Source of the DNA: Candidatus Bathyarchaeia archaeon
GTDB lineage: Archaea > Thermoproteota > Bathyarchaeia > Bathyarchaeales > Bathycorpusculaceae
Assembly (NCBI GenBank): GCA_049516875.1
Contig: JBEKSS010000001.1
Coordinates: forward strand, 96,001-160,000
Direction of reading: 5' to 3'
DNA: 64,000 nt
A model generated the notes under the pieces. The model was not told the DNA's origin and did no database searches. It saw only the letters and a list, made by a program, of their open reading frames with translations. Positions 19,955-30,200 of the stretch are shown here, piece after piece (position 1 is the first letter of the stretch; each line of letters opens with the position of its first letter). The position numbers were made by a program, and so were the translations under genes.

Positions 19955-21352
19955 TTAGAGGTTGTATTCTTCCATGTATGCTGGTGCGCTCACTTGCCAT
20001 CCGCCCTTAGAACGAAGATAGTTCTCTAAGCTTAGAATCGATTCCTCTTCGCCATGGGTCAGGAAAACGTGCTTCGGCGGGGATTTGAAGTTGCTGAGCC
20101 AGCGTTGCAGGTCGTTCATGCCGGCGTGAGCGGAAAAGCCATCGATTCTCTCGATCTTCATCTGCACCGGATAAAACTGGCCGAGGATTCTGACGGGAGA
20201 AACACCGTCTAAGATTTGCCGTCCCAACGTCCCAGCTGCTTGGTACCCCACAAAAAGAAGCGTGGATTCTGGACGAGTTATCTCTCTGACCAAGTGATGT
20301 TTGATTCGTCCTCCTGTAATCATCCCCGAACCGGCCATGATGATGGTTGATCCTTTGATGAGGTTGATAGCCTTGGATGCTTCAACAGATTCAGCGAGCC
20401 TCAACCCCGGAAAGTCAAAGGGGGATTGACCATCCTTGAAGAGTTCCTGCGTCTCTTTGTCGAAATACTCCTTGAATTGTTCAAAGACCTTCGTGATTTC
20501 AACAGCCATGGGGCTGTCGAGAAATGTCACAACGTAAGGGATCCTTTGTGCACGCGCCAAGCGGTTGAAGTGGTACAACAGATCTTGGGCACGCTCAATG
20601 GCGAAGGTGGGGATGAGGACGTTCCCGCGTGCCTTTACTGTGTCATTGACGACCTTGCTGAGCTTATCATCAATGTCTTGGGGATTGTCGTGGTTGCGAT
20701 CTCCGTAGGTGGACTCCATGACCACGTAATCCGCTCGATCAAAGACAGATGGATTGCCCAGAAGAGGCTTATCCCACTGGCCAATATCCCCAGAGAAGAT
20801 GATGTTCCGCGACCCGTTCTCATCTTGCACAATTATCTCAATCATGGCCGAGCCGAGGATGTGGCCGGCATCGTGGAAACATACCTTGACTCGGTCGTTC
20901 AGCGGCAGAAATTCTTCATAGGGAACCTCCTTCAGAAGAGGAAAACACTTTTGGGCATCTTGGACTGTGTACAGGGGGATTTCCGGGTATGGTCCGGCCC
21001 GGCCTTCCTTGTCATGGCGTTTTTTCTTGAAGGCAGCATCTTCTTCCTGCATTCTAGCAGAATCCAAAATCACGATGGGAAAAAGCGCTTTGGATGCGGG
21101 GGTCAGCAGGATGTCTCCGGAAAATCCTTCCTTGACAAACTTGGGAACAAGTCCGGAGTGGTCCAAGTGAACATGAGTGAGCAGGAGAAAATGAATCTGG
21201 TCTGGAGGAACGGGGAAGGCCTCCCAGTTTCTGTAGGAATAGTCCCTCTCCTGAAACAATCCGCAATCGACAAGGATCTTCACTCCGTCAGCATCCAGAA
21301 AGTAGCTTGATCCCGTCACTTGACGCGTTGCGCCCAAGAATTTTATCTTCAT
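19955..21352 (-). CDS. MBL-fold beta-CASP ribonuclease
   Basis: THVHLDHSG, AGHILGS, MESTYG, PTFAIERAQ, GGRIKHH, FSAHA, LTHGE. Confidence 0.93.
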   Translation of the reverse strand: MKIKFLGATRQVTGSSYFLDADGVKILVDCGLFQERDYSYRNWEAFPVPPDQIHFLLLTHVHLDHSGLVPKFVKEGFSGDILLTPASKALFPIVILDSARMQEEDAAFKKKRHDKEGRAGPYPEIPLYTVQDAQKCFPLLKEVPYEEFLPLNDRVKVCFHDAGHILGSAMIEIIVQDENGSRNIIFSGDIGQWDKPLLGNPSVFDRADYVVMESTYGDRNHDNPQDIDDKLSKVVNDTVKARGNVLIPTFAIERAQDLLYHFNRLARAQRIPYVVTFLDSPMAVEITKVFEQFKEYFDKETQELFKDGQSPFDFPGLRLAESVEASKAINLIKGSTIIMAGSGMITGGRIKHHLVREITRPESTLLFVGYQAAGTLGRQILDGVSPVRILGQFYPVQMKIERIDGFSAHAGMNDLQRWLSNFKSPPKHVFLTHGEEESILSLENYLRSKGGWQVSAPAYMEEYNL

Positions 21353-21562
21353 TAACCTTCCCCTCAGGTTCACATTTCTTGTTTCCGCCCTATCAGTTCT
21401 TCGTCTCACTATTCAATAGGTGCACGTTGGATTTCTTAAACTCTGACCAATCGATGCTGGAGGAAGTTGGGCTAGAGTTGCAGGAATTCATGACGCCGTT
21501 ACGGCATCCTATAACGCTCGGAAAAGCTTGATTGGAGCAATTCGAAAGAGAAGAATGCGGAG

Positions 21563-21636
21563 TGGACCGGTGGGGACTTGAACCCCAGACCTCCTGAGTG
21601 CAAGTCAGGCATTCATACCAACTGAACTACCGGCCC
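21563..21636 (-). tRNA. tRNA-Ala (anticodon TGC), no intron, CCA not encoded
   Basis: GGGCCGGTAGTTCAGTTGGTATGAATGCCTGACTTGCACTCAGGAGGTCTGGGGTTCAAGTCCCCACCGGTCCA; G3:U70 pair and T-loop GTTCAAG. Confidence 0.97.
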
Positions 21637-21879
21637 ATTCTTTGCATGCTCTACAAGAGACGAGCACCAAGAAATTTAGAGCTTTCGGTCTCACTTTTCC
21701 GCGTCTTGTGCACGAACATCAACCCAAAACTTTCGCATGCGAAGCCATCCAAAACATGCCACGCAAAGGCAGTATGGAACATTGCCCTGCAATTAAGAAC
21801 AGAATCATAGCCTAAAGCGTTCACACTGTAAAAAGAAAAGAGGATAGAAGGGCAGATTCGATAAAGCAATTAGCTTGAC

Positions 21880-22020
21880 TTAGAATCTTCTTCTTGAATT
21901 TCTTCTCTTGGACCAACACTCTCGGCAGTAAACCGGTCTGCTTGTGTCAGGCTTGAAGGGAACTTCGCATTCCTTTCCACAATCAGCGCAAACTGCCTTG
22001 TGCATCTCTTTCTCTGCCAT
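21880..22020 (-). CDS. CxxC-x17-CxxC small zinc-binding protein, 46 aa (not in ORF track)
   Basis: MAEKEMHKAVCADCGKECEVPFKPDTSRPVYCRECWSKRRNSRRRF. Confidence 0.9.
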   Translation of the reverse strand: MAEKEMHKAVCADCGKECEVPFKPDTSRPVYCRECWSKRRNSRRRF

Positions 22021-22305
22021 TTTACGATTTCAACTCCTTTACTTGTTTTGTGCAAAAATCGCTTCTTGCACGACGCAATTACCACATGCCTTAGAGACTT
22101 ATAAAACTTGTCGTAGGAATGGCAACTGAGCGCATTCGAGTTGCTATTAACTCTTAACCAATTTTTTCGACGACAACGGACAAAATGCCCCCGCTACAGC
22201 GAGATAATCTGAAACCAAGAATTCGCCAATCCTATTTCCCTTCATTAGCGGCAAGCCTTTAAATACAATCCCACATTCTTAGGATTCTTCCAAACGGTGT
22301 AGCAG

Positions 22306-23403
22306 ATGGTTGATCAAAGAATCGAAAAACTCGCGCAACTCTCCGTCCACTACAGCGTCAACGTGAAACCACACGAAAAAGTCCTTATACAAGGCACTGA
22401 ACAAGCTTTTCCACTAATCAACGAACTTTACAAAGAATGCCTGCTGAGCGACGCCTACCCGACTGTCATTCCAAACCTTAACGTTCAATACACGTTCTAC
22501 AAGTACGCAAAAGAACATCAACTGAAATTCGTCTCACCCCTTGAAAAATTCGTATTAGAGAACTTTGACGTCAGCATAGGCATATTCTGCGAACCAAACC
22601 CGAAAGGGCTCTCAAACATAGACCCAGATAGAATAAGGATGCGGTCAGCTTCAAGAAAAGAACTAGCAGAAATCTTCTTCAAGCGAGTGGCAGAGGGCAA
22701 GCTCAGATGGACAGGCCTGCCCTACCCGATAGACGCTCAAGCACAAGAAGCCGCCATGTCGATTGAAGAATACGAAGACTTCGTTTACAGCGGCTGCCTC
22801 GTCGACAAAGAAGACCCGGCTGCAGAATGGAAGAAAGTGCACGAGCAACAACAGAGAATCTGCGATTTCCTAAACCAAGCAAGAGAGATTCACATGATCG
22901 GAGAAGACACGGATTTAACCTTCAACGTCAAAGGCAGAAAATGGATAAACTGCAGCGGAAAAGAGAACATGCCAGACGGAGAAGTCTTCACGGCACCTGT
23001 CGAAAACTCTGTGAACGGGACAATAAGGTTCACGTTCCCAGGGATAGTCTCTGGCAGAGAGGTTGAAGACATAAGGCTCACCTTCAAAGACGGCAAAGTA
23101 GTAAAGGCTTCAGCAGCAAAGGGTGACGAGCTGCTTCAACAACTCCTAAAGGTCGAAGGCACAGACCATGTTGGAGAAGCCGCAATCGGAACCAACTACA
23201 GAATAACCAAATTTACGAAAAGCATGCTTTTCGACGAAAAAATTGGCGGCACAGTACACATGGCCCTGGGCAACTCATACCCAGAATCAGGCGGCAAGAA
23301 CCACTCAGCAATCCACTGGGACATACTCAAAGACATGAAAAAAGACGGAGAGATACACGCAGACGACAAACCGTTCTACAAAAACGGCAAATTCCTCATA
23401 TAG
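22306..23403 (+). CDS. Aminopeptidase, M29 (AmpS/AmpT) family
   Basis: NMPDGEVFTAP, GEAAIGTN, LFDEKIGGTVHMALG, SAIHWD. Confidence 0.93.
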   Translation: MVDQRIEKLAQLSVHYSVNVKPHEKVLIQGTEQAFPLINELYKECLLSDAYPTVIPNLNVQYTFYKYAKEHQLKFVSPLEKFVLENFDVSIGIFCEPNPKGLSNIDPDRIRMRSASRKELAEIFFKRVAEGKLRWTGLPYPIDAQAQEAAMSIEEYEDFVYSGCLVDKEDPAAEWKKVHEQQQRICDFLNQAREIHMIGEDTDLTFNVKGRKWINCSGKENMPDGEVFTAPVENSVNGTIRFTFPGIVSGREVEDIRLTFKDGKVVKASAAKGDELLQQLLKVEGTDHVGEAAIGTNYRITKFTKSMLFDEKIGGTVHMALGNSYPESGGKNHSAIHWDILKDMKKDGEIHADDKPFYKNGKFLI

Positions 23404-23460
23404 TACACCATTTCTTTAACTTCAAAACATCATCTTGGTAGAACACAACGTGCCAACGTA

Positions 23461-24774
23461 GTGATTCTTACGATGAAGAATGCCGAAACCGAGAATGCTG
23501 AACAAGCATCCTCCAGAGGAACGTTCTTCAACCTGAGCCTTTTCGAGTTCCTAACATTCCTCCGAAGAGGAGTCTTCTACACTTTCATGATAAACTACCT
23601 GTACCTGCTAATGGGGACAGTCACATCAACGGCAACGCTTGGAACTCTGAACATGATAGCTTCCTCAATAGGCCAAAACCTGCTGTGGGGAAGAATATGC
23701 GATCGCTACAAACTGAGGGCAAAACTGATAGTGGCAGGGGAAACAATCGCAGCGTTCTCGTATATGATTGTGTTCTGGGCACATAGGTCGCTAATTGCAG
23801 CTGGAAACAACTTTGAAGCAGGCTTGACGATCATAATCGGACTGTCAATCCTAGAGTTTTTCTGGTCAATGTCAGATGTAGGGTGGGCCGCGTTGCTCAC
23901 AGATATTACAACTCCTCAAACACGAGGCAGAATAATAGGCATGATGAACTTCATCGCTTCTTCAGGCCGAATGGTCGGCATACTCTTCGCAGGCTTCCTC
24001 TACAATGACGGTGGAGGGTTTAGAAGTGGAACAATCTTCTACATCGTAACAATTCTTCTGTTCATAGGCGCGGCATTGATGACTTTGATCTCCAGAGGCA
24101 TAAAGGCAAAGAGCACCCGTGAAGAACAAGCAACGACAAACAACGGAGAAGTTACAAACGGCAAACGCAACGAACAAGACGCGAGAACATACCGTTGGTT
24201 TCTAGTCGCTCTCGTAGTAATAATCCTGGGCGCCGCCTCGATAAACCAGATATTCCTTCTTTTCTTACCACTCAAAGGAGGCTTGAACGCCACAGACCCT
24301 GAAATGAGCCTAATATTGACTGCATGGACCATAGGCGGGATGATTGCCAGTCTTGCTGCAGGAAGACTTTCGGACAAGATTGGAAGAGCCCAAGTCCTGT
24401 TGCTAGGGCTAGTCTTAGCAATTCTCACGCCTTTGTTTTTCAACCTTGCTCACAGTGTTCCCTCGATGGCTTTGGTCTACGGAATAAACGGCGTGTCATT
24501 CTGGACCATACAAACAGTAGGCTTCGTGTTCAGCAGCGACCTCATTCCAGAGCATCGAAGAGGACGATTGCTCAGCCGGTATAACGCGGTCATGGCTTTA
24601 AGCTGGGGACCAGCTGGAGTCCTAATAGGAGGCCCACTTGCAGACATTCAAGTCAAAAGCCTCGGCCTATCGGCATATGCAGCTTACGTGAACACGTTCT
24701 ACGCATCGTCAATAATCCTAGCGTTCGGCACAATTCTCTTCGCCGTGAAGGTTGCAAGGTTCAAACGTAAATAA
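23461..24774 (+). CDS. MFS transporter
   Basis: About 12 TM segments; GRLSDKIGR motif A. Confidence 0.88.
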   Translation: MILTMKNAETENAEQASSRGTFFNLSLFEFLTFLRRGVFYTFMINYLYLLMGTVTSTATLGTLNMIASSIGQNLLWGRICDRYKLRAKLIVAGETIAAFSYMIVFWAHRSLIAAGNNFEAGLTIIIGLSILEFFWSMSDVGWAALLTDITTPQTRGRIIGMMNFIASSGRMVGILFAGFLYNDGGGFRSGTIFYIVTILLFIGAALMTLISRGIKAKSTREEQATTNNGEVTNGKRNEQDARTYRWFLVALVVIILGAASINQIFLLFLPLKGGLNATDPEMSLILTAWTIGGMIASLAAGRLSDKIGRAQVLLLGLVLAILTPLFFNLAHSVPSMALVYGINGVSFWTIQTVGFVFSSDLIPEHRRGRLLSRYNAVMALSWGPAGVLIGGPLADIQVKSLGLSAYAAYVNTFYASSIILAFGTILFAVKVARFKRK

Positions 24775-24822
24775 GATTAAGTCCAAAGGCCGTATACTAG
24801 CAAAGTAAGCAGGAAAATCATC

Positions 24823-25311
24823 ATGTTGGAGTTCAAAACTGTCAGGATTGAAGCACGTGAAGGTTGCAACGTGATTCTGGGCATGGCGCACTTCATCAAA
24901 ACTGTTGAAGACCTGTACGAAGCATTGGTTAACGCTGTTCCAAACATAAAGTTTGGTATAGGTTTCTGCGAAAGCTCAGGTCCATGCCTAGTGAGACATG
25001 AGGGAACCGATGAGGAGTTGAGGCAACTGGCAGCAAAGACTGCACTTGAAATTGGATGCGGCCACAGCTTCATTATCTTTCTGAAAAACGCCTACCCCAT
25101 AAACGTCCTGGACAAGGTTAAAGAAGTTCCAGAAGTCTGTACAGTATATGCCGCAACAGCAAACCCCTTAGAAATCATCATTGTAGAGACACAGCAAGGT
25201 AGGGGAATAATCGGCGTAGTTGACGGATCAAAGAGCAAAGACATAGAAACTGAGCGAGACATCAAAGAAAGGAAAGAGTTTCTGCGGAAAATAGGTTACA
25301 AGCTAAACTAG
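24823..25311 (+). CDS. DUF355 / adenosine-specific kinase family protein
   Basis: [37 protein letters not shown]. Confidence 0.9.
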   Translation: MLEFKTVRIEAREGCNVILGMAHFIKTVEDLYEALVNAVPNIKFGIGFCESSGPCLVRHEGTDEELRQLAAKTALEIGCGHSFIIFLKNAYPINVLDKVKEVPEVCTVYAATANPLEIIIVETQQGRGIIGVVDGSKSKDIETERDIKERKEFLRKIGYKLN

Positions 25312-25476
25312 GCTCCCAGCATGCAATTCGTTTCAAGCCAGGTCTGTAAGAAAAACTGTTGTGGAAAAGGACAAAGCAGGGCGAAGATGCCCTTGGATAC
25401 AGCCTTAGCGAAGGTTGAAACGCGTGAATCGATGCTAAGATGCTAAGACGATTAATGTACGAAGCTATACTATGCC

Positions 25477-25695
25477 CTACTTGTTCATAGCTAGTTCCTG
25501 CTGAAATTCAAAAGACACTCTCTCTTTCATTCTTTCTGACGTGTACGCAACCAATTGTTTGAACTGACGCTCTGTCAAAACGTGACTCGCTCTTGATAGA
25601 ATTTCGAGACAGACCTCTTTAAAGACCAAATCAGCGCAACCCTGCTTTGCGTCGTCAATCAATTCTTTGCAAGCTTGAAAGATTTGTTCGTTCAA
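25477..25695 (-). CDS. Small helical hypothetical protein, 72 aa
   Basis: TTG start after AGGGTGAG; MNEQIFQACKELIDDAK... Confidence 0.65.
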   Translation of the reverse strand: MNEQIFQACKELIDDAKQGCADLVFKEVCLEILSRASHVLTERQFKQLVAYTSERMKERVSFEFQQELAMNK

Positions 25696-25939
25696 AGGCA
25701 ACTCACCCTGCAGACACAACTGACTTCTTGAAACATTAAACATTTATGAATTCAGAAGCAGAATCGGAAATTCATCCAACACTGCCAGAAAATCATGTCC
25801 AAACCCTCCTTTTCACACAGTAGAATCAACCTCTGCTCCGCAGACCTTCGTCACAGATAGGCGGTCAAAAGTGCTAAAGCGCGCGCTAAGCTTATAAAAT
25901 ACTATTTTTAATTAGATACTAAAAAGGAAGAATGAACCC

Positions 25940-26479
25940 ATGGACAACCCAGTTTTGGATGCCATCAAGAAAAGGCGAACAGTTGTCAGATTCGAAAGCA
26001 CCGACGTAGAGCAGGACAAGATTGAAGACATCCTGGAGGCCGGACGGTGGGCACCTTCCTGGCTTAACAAGCAGCCTTGGAACTTCATAGTCATACGAGA
26101 TCCGAAAACGAGAGAACAACTAAGCGAGGTAGTTCCTACAACCTTTGTTCAAGGACTGAAAGAAGCGCCAGTTTGCATCGCAGTCACTGTCGATACTGAT
26201 GAAGACCCGTATCACTTTGTGGAAGACGGAGCCATAGCCACACAGAACATGGCCCTCGCCGTTCACAGTCTGAGACTGCAGTCCTCTTGGATTGGCATCT
26301 TTGACGTGAAGAACCAGAGAAACTCAGCCGAAGCCAAAGTGAAAAAGATTCTGGACATCCCGAAAAACCACCGTATGATAACACTTCTACCAATCGGTCA
26401 CGTTAAGAACGATATTCCGAAAAAGGACAGAAAGGAACTGCGCCACATAGTCTATAAAGAGAAATTTGGAAAACGCTGA
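25940..26479 (+). CDS. Nitroreductase family protein
   Basis: IKKRRTV, WAPSWLNKQPW, ATQNMALA. Confidence 0.92.
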   Translation: MDNPVLDAIKKRRTVVRFESTDVEQDKIEDILEAGRWAPSWLNKQPWNFIVIRDPKTREQLSEVVPTTFVQGLKEAPVCIAVTVDTDEDPYHFVEDGAIATQNMALAVHSLRLQSSWIGIFDVKNQRNSAEAKVKKILDIPKNHRMITLLPIGHVKNDIPKKDRKELRHIVYKEKFGKR

Positions 26480-26601
26480 ACCATCCAAGTCTGTTTTGGC
26501 TTCTGAACATTTTCCCAAATTTTTCATTTGGTCCACTCAATCATGACAATTCCTAAATAACTACAATTGCCTAAAATAATACTGGAACAAGGAAGGAGTG
26601 C

Positions 26602-27126
26602 ATGGGATATCTCGCAGTCTGGAAAGTACTGGAGGAAATGGTTACCGATTTCAAGAAAAAGGGAATAACCGTTCCAGCAGACATAATTGGCGACTTGAAA
26701 AACGCAAAGACAATAATCAGCATTTCGAAAGCTGACCCAAGCCGCGGAGAAAACATTCTGAAAATTGAGGAATACCTAGGAAACGTAGAATCCTACCTAG
26801 TTTCTGAAGGGCTGAAAAGGGTCGGCCAAGCATACGTTGATGAATGGCTTGAACGGACAGACCAAGCTGGCCGAAAAATCGTTGACGAAGAAGAAGAGGA
26901 AACGAGGTTTATTTCCAGCCTGCCCAGAGAACAGAAGTGGATCCGTCTCACACCGTCAAGAGAACTGCCCCTCCAAAAACTGAAAACTCTTGCAAATGAA
27001 TCGAATCTCTCTCACCATGTTCAAACCGATGGATGCCTGCTTGTCTTTGGCCCAGACACGGTCATAAAGGATTTTGTCAAGAAGATTGCTGCAAAGTACA
27101 AGTCGAAAGCTGGAAAAGAACACTGA
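26602..27126 (+). CDS. DUF2096-like archaeal protein
   Basis: WKVLEEM..D.KKKG..VP...DL N-terminus; RBS GGAG. Confidence 0.65.
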   Translation: MGYLAVWKVLEEMVTDFKKKGITVPADIIGDLKNAKTIISISKADPSRGENILKIEEYLGNVESYLVSEGLKRVGQAYVDEWLERTDQAGRKIVDEEEEETRFISSLPREQKWIRLTPSRELPLQKLKTLANESNLSHHVQTDGCLLVFGPDTVIKDFVKKIAAKYKSKAGKEH

Positions 27127-27164
27127 AAAGTACGTAACTGTTAAAGCTTGGAGACACAGTAAAT

Positions 27165-27178
27165 GTTTTTATAAAAAC
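27165..27178. promoter_or_regulatory. Palindromic TATA-like element upstream of smc
   Basis: GTTTTTATAAAAAC, a perfect 14-bp palindrome about 60 nt before the ATG. Confidence 0.5.
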
Positions 27179-27240
27179 GCGAAACAGATGTCTATGATGA
27201 GATAGGGGCATGTTCCGGAGAAAGCGAGGGTGCAAACTGA

Positions 27241-30200
27241 ATGCCCTACATTAAAAGAATAGAGCTTAAGGGCTTCAAATCATTCGGGCCGCAAGGGGTT
27301 AAGATAGCTCTAGATAAAGGTTTCACAGTTATCACAGGTCCAAACGGAAGCGGAAAAACAAACATCTTGGACGCATTCTTGTTCTCGCTAGGTGAATTAA
27401 GCACTAGAAGGCTCCGCGCAGAAACTGCTGCTAAACTCATATTTCACGGATCTGAAAAAGCCGACCCAGAAAGGGCAAAAATGGCAAAGGTCGTGATACA
27501 ATTTGACAACTCAGATGGACGCATGCCTGTTGACACCGCCACAGTCACAATTTCACGTGAAGTCTACAGAAACGGACAGAGCGTCTACAGACTCAATGGA
27601 AGGAGAATCTCAAGAGCGCACAACATAGAGATTCTTTCCATGGCCGGAATCAGCTCCACGAGCCAGAACATAATTCTCCAAGGCGCTATAACCCGTCTGA
27701 CAGACATCTCACCCATGGAACGCCGAAAAATAATCGAAGATTTAGTGGGAATAGGTCAATATGACAGCGAAAAAGCCCAAGCAGAAGAAAAGCTGCGAGC
27801 AGCAGACATCTCCATCCGCACGGCCATGGGAAGAATAGATGAAGTGCAGAATAGGCTAGATGATCTCGAAAGAGAGCGCAACGAACTGTTGAAAGCCAAC
27901 TCCATTCACGGCGAGATAAGAAAGTTCGAAACAGTCAAGATTTCGTGCGAAATGGCACAGACGCAGAAGAAGGTGGAGAAGACTTCCCTGGAAGCCCAAA
28001 AAATCGGCGGCAAACTTGAAAAACTGAGACAGCTGCGCGATGACCGAAGATCCAAAAGGAGAGCAGTTGAAGGCGAATGGCGAAAACTAAGCTCAGAAAT
28101 AGTCGAAGAAGGCGGCTCACAAGTACTGAAAGTTCAGGTAAGAATCGGAGAACTCAAATCGAAACTAACAGAGTTGGCCACGAAAATAAGTTCTGGAAAA
28201 ACAAGTCTCGAAGGCCTAAGGCGCATAAAAGAAAACAATCTTGAACAGTACCAAACAATTCAAAAAGAGATACATGAAAACCGTTTAAGAATCAGACAGT
28301 CAAGAAACGAATATAACAGAATCTCCGACCAGACAAATCAAAAACAAGCTGAACACGATGCTCTCGCACAAGAAACTGTTCAGCTATGGGAAAACCTCGG
28401 CGAAAACAGCAAGAGAATCCGCGAAATCGAGCTTAAACTCGAAGATGACTACAAGAGACTTGCATTCCTAAGATCGGAATATCTGAAAAACCAGACGGCA
28501 ATCAGTGTGCGTAGTAGAAGACTTAAAGATCTAAACGACCGAAAAGCAAGATTCTCGGGAACAATGTGTGAACTGGAAAAGTCATTCCTCGAGCTGGAAA
28601 AAGTTCAGAAAGAACAGAGAACACAGCTGAAAAACCTAGAAAGAACACGCGAACGACGATTCGCACAGAAAGAGGCTGCTGAGAGGGAAATAACAGAAGC
28701 AGGAAAGATTGCTAATTCAGCACGCGAGGCAGTCGTAGAGTTTGTGACACAAAGAGAACTCGCGGAAACCGTCGCAGCAGAAGAAAAAGCATTGAGAAGC
28801 ATAGAAGAACTGGGCGAACTCGGCGTAATTCAAGGCGTGTATGGCAGACTACGCAACCTAATAAAGATAGACAAGAGCTTCCAGCGAGCAATAGAAGCTG
28901 CCGCAACCGGATGGCTAGACGCACTTATTGTAAAAGACCTTGATTCGGCCTTCACCTGCACAGAGATGCTGAGAAGGATGAAACTCGGGCGAATAAAGAT
29001 AATCCCGCTTCAAGAAGCGACAAACGTCAAGCCCGTGAAGGTTCCAGAAAAAGAGGGAATAAACGGGGCAGCTCAACTCTTCATGAAATGCGAGAGAAAC
29101 TACCAGCCAGCAATCAACTTTGTTTTCGGAGACACATTGATAGTTTCAGACGACAAGACCGCATCCGCCTTGTCCGCCCAAGGCCACCGAGCAGTCACTG
29201 TTAACGGAGACCTTTACGAGGTAGGCGGCGCGTTCGAAGGCGGATACTACCGCGCTCCCATAGACTTCTCCACGATAATCCCAAGCGAAGTAGCCATAAA
29301 AAGTCTAGACGAGGCAGTCAACGCGCTGCAACAACACCTCTCAAGAAGAGGAAGCGACATTACAGGTTTCGAAGAGGAAATCGCAAAGACCCGCGTTGAA
29401 ATCGCCCGTCTGTCAGAAGCCATTACAACACTGGAAAGGGAAATAACCAGAGTCAAGAGAAACATCAGGAGAACAAAATCCAACGTAAAACGAATTGATC
29501 ACCTCGTCACGCGGACAGACAAAGAAATAGAAAATGAAAAGGCACAGATGTGGATACACAGGGCCGAGAGAAGCACAATCCAGAAGGAAATGCGGAAACT
29601 CCAAACTGAGTTGACATCCTTAAGAAAGAAGGCAGATCCCGGACACATCCAGGAAATGGAAGTTGACAGAGAAAAACTCGCCGAAGAAATGATCACCCTA
29701 AGACAGAAGCTCGGCGCCACCCAGACTGAAACATCTACACTTCAGTCGCAATTCGACAACGTCTTAAGGGTTGGATATCAAAACTCAAAGATCCAAGTTT
29801 CAAAAGTCAACCAGCAACTGGGAAGAGTGGAGAAAGAAGTCGAAGAAGCATTGAAAGATAGAGAATCACTGAAGCAAGAATTGGGAGAACTCGAGAAAAG
29901 CAGAGTCCAACTTTCGAAGAGTGTTTTCTCAGCAAGAGAAGAATCCAAAAAATTCACGGCTCAAATTGACGACATAGACAAAGAACTCAAGAAACTTGAC
30001 CCTGAATATGAACAAGTTGACAGACTTCTGAACCAACTTCAACTGAACGTTCAAACATCCCTGCTGCAACTCGAACAGCACCGAAACCGGCTCAGACTTC
30101 TCGGCTACGAACAACCACTAACCGTGACGCCCAAGCAGGTTGAAGAGGCCGAAACTTCCATAAAAATGATGCAACTCGAACTTGAAAGAATAGGCGCTGT

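Noticed and set aside
20426-21310. 294-aa ORF antisense to the beta-CASP nuclease
   Set aside because: A shadow ORF of a GC-rich gene with no recognisable protein features.
25330-25422. GTTTCAA/TTGAAAC resembling CRISPR repeat ends
   Set aside because: Only one inverted pair; no direct-repeat/spacer periodicity and no cas genes.
25436-25450. 15-mer TAAGATGCTAAGACG repeated at 61638-61652
   Set aside because: A few 15-mer repeats are expected by chance in 64 kb; only two copies and no flanking similarity.
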